Source of the DNA: Candidatus Cloacimonadales bacterium
GTDB taxonomy: Bacteria > Cloacimonadota > Cloacimonadia > Cloacimonadales > JAFGVF01
Assembly: GCA_963662585.1 (NCBI GenBank)
Contig: OY759729.1
Span: 2,112,001 to 2,176,000, forward strand
DNA: 64,000 bases
Reading direction: 5' to 3'
Part shown: positions 49,601 through 58,347 of the stretch, piece by piece
How the letters are laid out: every line of letters starts with the position of its first letter
How positions within the stretch are numbered: position 1 is the stretch's first letter
The notes under the pieces: generated by a model
Database searches by the model: none
The model's input: the letters and a program-made list of their open reading frames with translations, nothing else
Told to the model about the DNA's origin: nothing
Position numbers and translations under genes: made by a program

Positions 49601-49942
49601 TTACTTTATAAATTTAGATGGACTTGCTGGTCTAGGTAGTTTAGAAACTAAGACTCTTGCGAGCCTATCAGTCTCATTATAAATGCAATGGACAATCTCC
49701 TTTGGAGATTCAATTACATCATCTTCTTTAACTTGCACTCTCTCATCACCAATCATAATTGTTGGTGAACCTTCTAAGACATAAAACAAGGCATCAACTG
49801 GTGTTATATGAGGTTTTAAAGCTTGACCAGCTTGCAATAAAATGTGATTTACTTGGGCAAATTCACTATTATATACCTGTTTAACATCAACACCGTGAGC
49901 TGTCTTATATTCTTTCTCTTCTCTAAAGTTTGTAATTTTCAT
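49601..49942 (-). CDS. Cupin domain protein
   Basis: PHITPVDALFYVLEG...DVIESPKEIVHCIYN cupin motifs. Confidence 0.85.
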   Translation of the reverse strand: MKITNFREEKEYKTAHGVDVKQVYNSEFAQVNHILLQAGQALKPHITPVDALFYVLEGSPTIMIGDERVQVKEDDVIESPKEIVHCIYNETDRLARVLVSKLPRPASPSKFIK

Positions 49943-49968
49943 AATCTTTGTTCCTTTATATATATTTA

Positions 49969-49983
49969 GGTACTACAATACCT
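49969..49983. promoter_or_regulatory. Putative Rrf2 operator upstream of the cupin operon
   Basis: TTAGGTA-ctacaa-TACCTAA palindrome. The 15-mer GGTACTACAATACCT recurs at 50442-50456. Confidence 0.65.
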
Positions 49984-50004
49984 AATTAGGTATAAAAAAA
50001 TATC

Positions 50005-50406
50005 TTACATAAAATCTGCTAAAACCATATCTTTAAATCTATCATAGATGATTTTTGTTGCCTGAGCGACTTCAGCATCAATAATGCAAGTTCTGAATAC
50101 ACAATGCTTTTTCCCAAAGGGACATCCGGTAACCTCTATTTCACCTTCAAAAAGCTCTATTATCTCTAGGAAGGAAACATGTTTAGGAGAACGGCTTAGT
50201 TCAAATCCTCCCTGAGGTCCCCTTACTGAAGTTACTATCCCAGCACGAGTTAACTTCTGGAAAATCTTTGAAAGATGAGCCTCTGATGCTTGCAAGATTT
50301 GGGCTATCTCTTTTACACTAACCCTATCTGGTGTTTTAGATGCTATATGCACTAAACCATGCAAAGCTAAATATGTTGCTTCAGACAAATTTAATAATTT
50401 ACTCAT
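50005..50406 (-). CDS. Rrf2-family transcriptional regulator with C-terminal Cys motif
   Basis: SEAHLSKIFQKL..AGIVTSVRGPQGGFEL...LEIIELFEG, followed by CPFGKKHCVFRTC. Confidence 0.92.
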   Translation of the reverse strand: MSKLLNLSEATYLALHGLVHIASKTPDRVSVKEIAQILQASEAHLSKIFQKLTRAGIVTSVRGPQGGFELSRSPKHVSFLEIIELFEGEIEVTGCPFGKKHCVFRTCIIDAEVAQATKIIYDRFKDMVLADFM

Positions 50407-50441
50407 CCTTTCCTCTTTTTTATTTATTGAATATTTATTCT

Positions 50442-50475
50442 GGTACTACAATACCTGAATACCTTTTTGTGTCAA
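50442..50475 (-). promoter_or_regulatory. rrf2 promoter with overlapping putative operator
   Basis: Minus strand TTGACA (50475-50470)-16nt-TATTGT, overlapping GGTACTACAATACCT. Confidence 0.6.
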
Positions 50476-50785
50476 ATGTTTTTTTTATATATTTTTAGTT
50501 ATGTTCAGTAAAGGTCTATTTTAAAGGGCTTTGTAGAGGCTAATATTTTTCACAAAAAAGGTAGAAGTATATAGAAATGCATAAAAGAGAAACTTATGTC
50601 TGCAAATTAAAAAAAAGGTGAATTGAAGAAATGTAATGATTTAGAGTTAAACAGGTACAAGAAAATAATGTAAACATCTATAACGAGGGAAAAACTATAG
50701 ATGATAGAAATTCTTTGACAATTTAATTTATTGAAATTATTATGCATAAGAAGTTAATAAGATTCTATACTATAAGGAATAAAAA

Positions 50786-52095
50786 ATGAAATTTAACAGA
50801 ATATCAATACTAATTTTATTGCTACTAAGCCTACTTGTTTTGTCTAATTGTAATAAAGATAATAGTACAAAACCAAAACGAGTCTCTCCTCCTACTTTTT
50901 CTCAAGATGCTGGCCTTTATTAAGAAGTGATAGATGTGGATATTGAGTGCTCTACACTAGATTCCGAAATAAGATATACACTTGATGGAAGTAACCCTAC
51001 AGAATCATCACAGCTTTATTCATCTCCAATTAATATCAGTGAAAGCACTTCGATAAAAGCAAGGGCTTACAAAGATAATTATTAAGCTAGTTTTGTTGCA
51101 GAAGCTATTTATCAGTTTGAAATATTAGTTGTTGCTACCCCATCTTTTAATCCTACTGCCGGAACTTATACTGAAACTCAAAATGTCACAATAAGCTGCG
51201 AAACAGAGAATGCTGAAATACGATATACTTTGGATGAAAGTGTACCGACAGAGTCATCTCTATTGTATTCAACCCCATTATCTATTAGCGAAAACACAAC
51301 ATTAAAAGCAATAGCTTATAAAGATGGATATCAGCCAAGTGAAGTATTTACTGCCTATTATGATTTTGATAATGGACAAGGTGAAATAATGGTTTTTATT
51401 CCTGGAAGTACTTTTACTATGGGAAGAACAACTGGAGATGGTAGTTCCAATGAGTTACCTCTTCATCAAGTAACATTGGATTCATTTCTTATTAGTAAAT
51501 TTGAAGTTACACAAGCAGAATATGAAGCTGTTATGGGAGCTAATCCATCAAGTAATCATGGAATTGGAGACATTTACCCTGTTAATAATGTAAGTTGGTT
51601 TTCAGCTCTTGAATACTGTAATACACTAAGTATAATGGAAGGACTTACTCCATGTTATAACTTAGAAGATTGGTCTTGTAATTTTGATGCCAATGGATAT
51701 CGACTTCCAACGGAAGCAGAATGGGAATATGCAGCAAGAGGTGGTGCTAATAATAGTGGATTATCTATTCTGGCTCAGATAATATCAGTGATGTAGCTTG
51801 GTGGGCAAATAACTCTGGGAACATAAGTCACCCTATAGCTGAGAAATCCCCTAATTTGTTAGGACTTTATGATATGTCAGGAAATGTTTGGGAATGGTGT
51901 TACGATTGGTATGGAGCTTATGGATCAGAATCTCAAGTTAATCCAACAGGCCCAGAAACAGGCTTCGGTCGAGTATATCGTGGTGGAAGTTGGTATAATA
52001 GTGCAACCAATTGTCGTGTCTTTAGAAGAGATTTTTATACTCCAACTACTGTAGGTATGAATGTTGGATTCAGAGTAGTAAGAAGTACTGAGTAA
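50786..52095 (+). pseudogene. Lipoprotein with two Fn3_assoc/chitobiase-C repeats and an FGE-sulfatase (SUMF1) domain, disrupted
   Basis: Lipobox LSNC; IRYTLDG repeats; YRLPTEAEWEYAARGG; LYDMSGNVWEWC; RGGSW...GFRVVR. In-frame TAA at 50921 and a frameshift near 51760 (or sequencing errors). Confidence 0.8.
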
Positions 52096-52294
52096 ATTTT
52101 ACGAATAATAATTGATAAAAGCTATAATCTTCATTAAGGATTAATTTAATTTAAATGGATTCGGAGAGCTATTGAAAGCAAATACTCTGAGTCCCTTCTT
52201 CTATGAATTTTAACTAATTCAAAAAGGTTCTTCGGTATGGATTAATTTGTGGAGTCTAACAAATCTAAGAGTAAAAGTCATAATTTCCCTCTAA

Positions 52295-52543
52295 CTAACC
52301 TAAATTTGACCTATTCCTGATTAAATTATAGATAAATTCCAAAATTAAAGTTATGATTAAGGCAATGCCTATAGGTATCAGGTCAAATCTATATATACAG
52401 CCCTTAAAATATTTTACAGATAACAAAAATGAAGGAATTAAGGTAATGAAAAAAACAGCTATTCCAAACTTACTAATAGAAATTAAGTAGTAGATTACTT
52501 TCTTGACCGAATCAAGCCATATTCTAAAATTTCCATAAAACAT
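52295..52543 (-). CDS. Small two-TM membrane protein (tandem paralogue)
   Basis: RBS present; two hydrophobic segments; ends EFIYNLIRNRSNLG. Confidence 0.7.
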   Translation of the reverse strand: MFYGNFRIWLDSVKKVIYYLISISKFGIAVFFITLIPSFLLSVKYFKGCIYRFDLIPIGIALIITLILEFIYNLIRNRSNLG

Positions 52544-52556
52544 AAGGACTTCCTAT

Positions 52557-52784
52557 CTAACCAAGATTAGACTTGTTTCTGATTAAATTATAGATGAATT
52601 CAAAGAGATAAGTAGCTGCAAAAGGGATTCCTAATAAGAGAAAAGGTAAATGGTAATAAAAGACTACTTTATAATTCCATAAGATTAAGATTGTTATTGC
52701 TAGAGATAAAAAGAAAACAACCTTGCCTAAACCGCTTATAGATGAAAAGAAACTATGGAAAATCTCGCGTATTTTAAAAAACAT
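52557..52784 (-). CDS. Small two-TM membrane protein (tandem paralogue)
   Basis: GAGGAG RBS; ends EFIYNLIRNKSNLG. Confidence 0.7.
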   Translation of the reverse strand: MFFKIREIFHSFFSSISGLGKVVFFLSLAITILILWNYKVVFYYHLPFLLLGIPFAATYLFEFIYNLIRNKSNLG

Positions 52785-52840
52785 AATTCACTCCTCTTAT
52801 TTTATATTCTACATAACTTTAATAATTATGCTAGATTTAG

Positions 52841-53068
52841 CTAACCAAGATTAGACTTGTTCCTAAATAAACCGTAGATTAGCTCAAAGAAGAAAGTTGC
52901 AATAAAAGATATTCCTAAAGCAATTATAACACTATAAAAATAAAATACATGAAAAAAGCTATCAACCTTAAAAAAAGCTATAATAAAGGTTAAAAAGAAT
53001 ATGATTTTCCCCAATCGGCTTACAGATGATAAAAATTCACCAGCTCCACTGCCATTTCTATGTAACAT
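52841..53068 (-). CDS. Small two-TM membrane protein (tandem paralogue)
   Basis: AAGGAG RBS; ends ELIYGLFRNKSNLG. Confidence 0.7.
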   Translation of the reverse strand: MLHRNGSGAGEFLSSVSRLGKIIFFLTFIIAFFKVDSFFHVFYFYSVIIALGISFIATFFFELIYGLFRNKSNLG

Positions 53069-53480
53069 AGTTTGCTCCTTTTATTATTAAATACAAAATA
53101 ACCTATAAGGATAAACAATGTCAAGGAAATAATAAAATAAAACTAAATATAGAATATCGAGAATCTTCAAATATCTTTTCAAAATTAAGCCACATTATCA
53201 TACTGCTTAGAAAAAGCCTGCTTAAATATTACTAACTTATTCTTCTTCTTTCAATGGGCAGTTAATGCTCTTTCATACTCATTTCAATATTTGTTTGAAA
53301 CTTATTAGAGATAAATAGTTGAGGAGCAGCGGAAGACAAGGGGATAAGTAGGGGATAATGCTATAAACTAGAATAGGGAAATAATGTATTAGCCAAAAGA
53401 ATCGTTATTCTGGAGATGAATAACTCAAGTTAAATGACTTCTCTTCTTGAAGATTGATTTCTTTCTTGTGCCTTTGTGCT

Positions 53481-53509
53481 TGACAGAAAAAATAAAGTAG
53501 AGTATTTTT
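53481..53509 (+). promoter_or_regulatory. Sigma70-like promoter of the M6 protease gene
   Basis: TTGACA-17nt-TATTTT, followed by a hairpin-containing leader. Confidence 0.4.
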
Positions 53510-53673
53510 GTGTATTGTAGCTTGTAGAAGTTATAACTTGTATTAAATATATATCTTGTGAATAAATGACTTACTAGTAGGTCATATAAAGGACATAAAG
53601 AAGAATAATTGAATATTAAACTAAACTAGGAGATTTACTTACAAGTAAAAAATCCTAATATAAAGGATGGAAA

Positions 53674-56600
53674 ATGCACAGCAAAATTAAAGTTCTTATT
53701 TTAAGTAGTATTATGCTTATGGCCGGCCTAATGCTCTCTGGAGCATATCTAAGTAACCAGCCAGTTCATCTAGTGCAAGCAGATGGCACAAAACTTGACT
53801 TATACGCAAGTGGTGATGAATATTACAATTGGTTACATGACAAAGAGGGTTATACGGTCAAAAAAAATGATCAAGGTTGGTATGTTTATTTAGAAAGTAC
53901 GGCAAACAATGAACTGATTTTTACAGATTATATTGTCGGGAAAGTTGATCCTAAAGACTTGGATTTAGTAGCTTGGGCTAATATCTCTCCCAAGGAAATA
54001 GGAGAGATTAGGCAAAAAGCTCAAAAGCAACTGAGAGAGATTGGAAGCGGTAGAGCACCAACATCAGGTCAAATAAATAATATAACAATTTTTATCCGTT
54101 TTTCAGACCAAACAGAATTTGGACAGAACATCTCAACATACAATTCTATGTTTAATGGAACAAGTGGAAACACTATGCAGTCTTACTTTCTAGAAGCTTC
54201 TTATAACACTCTAGATGTAGAGACTAACTTTTATCCTACTTCCTCGACAACAGTTGTCTCTTGGCAGGATTCTCATCCACGAGCATATTACACTCCTTAT
54301 AGTTCTTCCAATACAATCGGTTATAATGGCGACACTGAAAGTAAAGATAGAGAATTCGCTCTATTAGTAAATGCCGTCAATGGAGTGAGCTTCCAAATCC
54401 CCAGCAACCTAGTAGTTGATGGAGATTATGATGGTAAGGTGGATAATGTTTGCTTTATCATCAAAGGCGAGACTGAGGGTTGGTCAGACCTACTCTGGCC
54501 TCACAGATGGTCTATCTATGACAGATCTGTGTATATTAATAATAAAAGAGTGTATGATTTTAACTTTCAACTTTCTGAATCCCTAAGTAGTAGTGGCGTT
54601 GGAGTGCTCTGTCACGAAATGTTCCATTCCTTAGGAGCACCAGATCTTTATCATTATACTAGTGATGGTATTTCTCCTGTGGGATCTTGGGATTTGATGG
54701 AGAATAATGCCAATCCCCCTCAGCACATGGGTGCATATATGAAATACAAGTATGGTAACTGGATTTCAACTATACCGACCATATCTACTTCTGGGACATA
54801 CACCCTAAATCCTTTGACCTCTTCTACTGGACAATGCTATAGAATAAACTCTCCCAATTCATCTTCAGAGTACTTTGTGCTAGAATTTCGGAAGAAAACA
54901 GGAACTTTTGAAAGCAGTGTGCCAGGGAGCGGAATGTTGATTTATAGGATAAATCCTGCTTATGATGGAAATGCTGATGGACCTCCTGATGAAGTGTATC
55001 TTTTCAGACCGGGAGGTAGTCCAACTGCTAACGGAAGTGTTTATTCAGCTAATTTTAGTAGTCAAACTAATAGGACAAGTTTTGATGATACAAGTAATCC
55101 TTACGGATTTCTCTCTAATGGAAATCCTGCAGGTATATCAATTTCCATGATTGGAAGTTCAGCAACTAGTACGATATCTTTTCAATATAATTTAAGCACT
55201 ACTCCACTCGATTTGATGGCAGAAACTTCCGGATCTAGTGTAACATTGACCTGGCAGGCACCACTATCTGGTAATCCTTCTAGCTATAAAGTTTATAGGA
55301 ATGGATCATTTATTGGAAATTCTACTGAAAGGACTTATCATGATTCTGCTGTTAATGTAGGAACTACCTATAGTTATTTCGTGACAGCTATGTTAACAAA
55401 CCCTCTTGTAGAATCAGACCCTTCTAATACTGTGAATATCACAGTTAGTGACCAGATTACTGTAATAATTGCTAGTGATACTGACTCCAATAGCACAAGC
55501 GCAGCCTGTCCAATAAATATCTTTTATCAAAGTTTGCACGGGCAATCTGTCTATACTAAAGCTGAGCTAAATGCCCTTGGTGTGGTGGGTCCTATCAACA
55601 TAAGTCAGATCGGTTTCAATGTTACTGGGTTACCAGCTATGGCAATGCCTAACTATATTGTCCGCATGGGTCATACTACTGCTACTAATGCAGGTAGTTG
55701 GATATCTACAGGACTTAATACTGTTTGGTCATCAGCCTCTTATCAACCAACAAGTACTGGCTGGAATATGTTAACTCTCTCTACACCTTTCTTGTGGAAT
55801 GGAACTGACAACATTGTTATTGATACTGCTTATGGTTTAATAGGTGCGTATAATTCTTCAGGTACTACCCAAAACTCAACGATGACCAGTGGCTATCGTT
55901 ATAATCGTAGCGATTCTGTAGATCAGACAAATTTATTCACTGGTGGTAGTACTGCTGGCTATCGTCCCAATTTGAAACTTTCCCTTTTACCAAATCCGTC
56001 AGGACCTATGATTTCTGTAAATCCTGGAAGTCTGGCTTATGGAGAAGTGGCTGTGGGGTTAGGTAGCACTAAGCAATTTACTATCCAGAATACTGGTGAT
56101 TTGCCCCTCACAGGTACCATCACTACTCCAACAGGATACACTGTAGCACTGGCTGAATACCGTTCAGAGCAGAGGATAAGTAATCTTAACAAAGGGAGCC
56201 GTAACACACTTAGTTTTAGTGTCAATGCGGGACTCAATGAAATCTATAATCTCACTCTTACACCTACTGCCCTCACTTCTTATAATGGAAATGTGGTGAT
56301 AGTGAGTAATTCTGAGGACAATAGCAATTTCAACCTTACGGTTACAGGTCAAGGTTTTATAGCTCCAACAATTAATATAGACAATGATGCCCTCACTGCT
56401 AATTTGCCTGAGGGTAATGAAGATATGGATAGCTTCACAATAACTAACAGTGGAAGTCGATCCCTTACTTATGAAATTGGAGTTGCAGAGTTACGCAGAA
56501 GCAATTCACGAATGAAGGTAAATAATATTCAAATTGAGGGAAGTATTGCTGGAAGCACCTTAACCCTCGATGCAGTGGAATATACACCAGGAACTACCCA

Positions 56601-57393
56601 GGATTGGGTATTTACAGTTTATAATGCTAGTACTGATAGTGAATGGTTAAAAAATGTTATAATTACCTTCCCAACAGGAGTAACTGTAAATAGTGCTAGT
56701 AACTTTGTTGGTGGTAGTGGGGGAGATCTTCTTCCCACACCTACGAGTGGAAATGGTATTACTATTGACTGGTATGGAGTTACAACATCAAACTATGGAT
56801 TTATTCATGGAGGTGAATCTGCCACAGCTACGGTTAATATAAGTGTTTCTAACTCTTTTTGGGGAGATATATCATTACCTTTCGAAATTATAGGGGATGT
56901 GTGGGGTACTGACCCTCATAATATCTCAGGCACTTTGACAGTTGAAGAGGGCATAGCTCCAGTTACCTGGTTTAGTGCTCAACCTCTCAGCGGAACAATA
57001 CTAGCTGGTCAAAGTCAGCTTATTACTGGTAATTTCTCAGCTATAGATATGCCTGTGGGACAATATCAAGCAATGCTTACTATTTATACCAATGATCCTC
57101 TTAATCCAACCACGGAAGTAACTGTTGTCATGGATGTGACCGAACTTATAAGTTTTCTCGATCCACCTATCATTACTTCTATTGAAAACACACCTATGGG
57201 AATTAAAATCCAGTGGTCTCCTGTGGAAAATGCTAGATCATATCAAGTATATCGAAACTTTGATCCTGATGGAGAATTCACAGAACATCGAGCTACTACA
57301 TCTTTGACTGAGTTTGTTGATCCTGATTCTGAAAACTATCCTAACTCTTTCTATAAAATTGTAGGTTCGGACGCAGAATACGAAACAAAATAA
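53674..57393 (+). CDS. Secreted M6-family (immune inhibitor A-like) metalloprotease with FN3/Ig domains
   Basis: Signal peptide; SGDEYYNW; DGDYDGKVD; LWPHRW; GVLCHEMFHSLGAPDLY; WDLM; EYFVLEFR; FN3 repeats. Confidence 0.88.
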   Translation: MHSKIKVLILSSIMLMAGLMLSGAYLSNQPVHLVQADGTKLDLYASGDEYYNWLHDKEGYTVKKNDQGWYVYLESTANNELIFTDYIVGKVDPKDLDLVAWANISPKEIGEIRQKAQKQLREIGSGRAPTSGQINNITIFIRFSDQTEFGQNISTYNSMFNGTSGNTMQSYFLEASYNTLDVETNFYPTSSTTVVSWQDSHPRAYYTPYSSSNTIGYNGDTESKDREFALLVNAVNGVSFQIPSNLVVDGDYDGKVDNVCFIIKGETEGWSDLLWPHRWSIYDRSVYINNKRVYDFNFQLSESLSSSGVGVLCHEMFHSLGAPDLYHYTSDGISPVGSWDLMENNANPPQHMGAYMKYKYGNWISTIPTISTSGTYTLNPLTSSTGQCYRINSPNSSSEYFVLEFRKKTGTFESSVPGSGMLIYRINPAYDGNADGPPDEVYLFRPGGSPTANGSVYSANFSSQTNRTSFDDTSNPYGFLSNGNPAGISISMIGSSATSTISFQYNLSTTPLDLMAETSGSSVTLTWQAPLSGNPSSYKVYRNGSFIGNSTERTYHDSAVNVGTTYSYFVTAMLTNPLVESDPSNTVNITVSDQITVIIASDTDSNSTSAACPINIFYQSLHGQSVYTKAELNALGVVGPINISQIGFNVTGLPAMAMPNYIVRMGHTTATNAGSWISTGLNTVWSSASYQPTSTGWNMLTLSTPFLWNGTDNIVIDTAYGLIGAYNSSGTTQNSTMTSGYRYNRSDSVDQTNLFTGGSTAGYRPNLKLSLLPNPSGPMISVNPGSLAYGEVAVGLGSTKQFTIQNTGDLPLTGTITTPTGYTVALAEYRSEQRISNLNKGSRNTLSFSVNAGLNEIYNLTLTPTALTSYNGNVVIVSNSEDNSNFNLTVTGQGFIAPTINIDNDALTANLPEGNEDMDSFTITNSGSRSLTYEIGVAELRRSNSRMKVNNIQIEGSIAGSTLTLDAVEYTPGTTQDWVFTVYNASTDSEWLKNVIITFPTGVTVNSASNFVGGSGGDLLPTPTSGNGITIDWYGVTTSNYGFIHGGESATATVNISVSNSFWGDISLPFEIIGDVWGTDPHNISGTLTVEEGIAPVTWFSAQPLSGTILAGQSQLITGNFSAIDMPVGQYQAMLTIYTNDPLNPTTEVTVVMDVTELISFLDPPIITSIENTPMGIKIQWSPVENARSYQVYRNFDPDGEFTEHRATTSLTEFVDPDSENYPNSFYKIVGSDAEYETK

Positions 57394-57415
57394 TTAATAA
57401 CAGTAGAAAGTTAAG

Positions 57416-57448
57416 TAAGCCTGGTTTCCTAACTGGGCTTATTTTTTT
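57416..57448 (+). terminator. Intrinsic terminator
   Basis: TAAGCCTGGTT-tcct-AACTGGGCTTA followed by T7. Confidence 0.75.
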
Positions 57449-57555
57449 ATTCTTAATTGTAAGTGATTTTTTTAACTAACTCAAAGGATAGATTTATAAG
57501 CAATTAAAAAAACATATTGACGAAAATTTTATCTTAAATAACTCTGATTTTATAT

Positions 57556-58332
57556 ATGAAAAATAGAATAATTGTTATTGATATCGGAAATACAAACTTA
57601 GTTATTGGTGTTTATGATGAAGACCAATTACTCTCTTCTTGGCGGATTCATACTGATAAGAATCGTACGGAAGATGAGTATTTTGTCGTTATGTCATCAC
57701 TGCTTTTATCAATAAGGGAGGAGATAGAGAATATTGCTATAGCTGTTTTATCATCAGTGGTTCCGCAGTTGAATAGAGTGATCAGAAAGATGTTCGAGAA
57801 GTATTTTAACTGCAGATTTGTTCAAGTAAATTCTGAAATGGATTTGAATCTTAAGTTTTTAGTTCCAGAGTATAGTCATGTAGGGGCAGACCTTTTGGTC
57901 AATGCCTACAGCTCAATCAATAAATATAAGACTAATACAATAGTCTGTGATTTAGGAACTGCTACAACGATTCAATTAACAGGTAAAGACGGCACTTTTT
58001 ATGGTGCTTCAATAATTCCGGGTGTAAAAAGCTCTTCAAATCTTCTGTTTGAAAAAGCTTCTCAATTGGCTGATATTAAACTGGAAAAACCCAGCAAAAT
58101 ATTAGGATTGACTACAAAAGATGCTTTATTATCAGGAATTATTAATGGTCATGCCTTTATTTTAGATGGATTTATTCGCAAGATAAAAGAGGAATATAAT
58201 CTACAAGAGTACAAAACTATAGCCACCGGAGGTATTGCAAGATTGATTTGTAGCTGTTCTCAAGAAGTAGAGATTATTGATGATTCATTAATCTTGGATG
58301 GATTGTACCTTATTGCTAAAAATATAAAATAA
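57556..58332 (+). CDS. coaX: Type III pantothenate kinase
   Basis: IDIGNTN, SSVVP, VGADLLVN, CDLGTATT, IIPG and IATGG motifs. Confidence 0.93.
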   Translation: MKNRIIVIDIGNTNLVIGVYDEDQLLSSWRIHTDKNRTEDEYFVVMSSLLLSIREEIENIAIAVLSSVVPQLNRVIRKMFEKYFNCRFVQVNSEMDLNLKFLVPEYSHVGADLLVNAYSSINKYKTNTIVCDLGTATTIQLTGKDGTFYGASIIPGVKSSSNLLFEKASQLADIKLEKPSKILGLTTKDALLSGIINGHAFILDGFIRKIKEEYNLQEYKTIATGGIARLICSCSQEVEIIDDSLILDGLYLIAKNIK

Positions 58333-58347
58333 TTAGGATTGTTATTA

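Noticed and set aside
50921..50923. Stop-codon recoding in the FGE gene
   Set aside because: The codon is TAA, which terminates many genes in this window, and the gene also has a frameshift; decay or sequencing error is more parsimonious.
52295..53068. Integron cassette array (genes end in GTTAG)
   Set aside because: Spacers are 13 and 56 bp with no attC-like inverted structure, no integrase is nearby, and the genes are paralogues.
53560..53660. Riboswitch in the M6 protease leader
   Set aside because: Two hairpins are present, but I recognise no conserved aptamer motif; an Rfam search would be needed.
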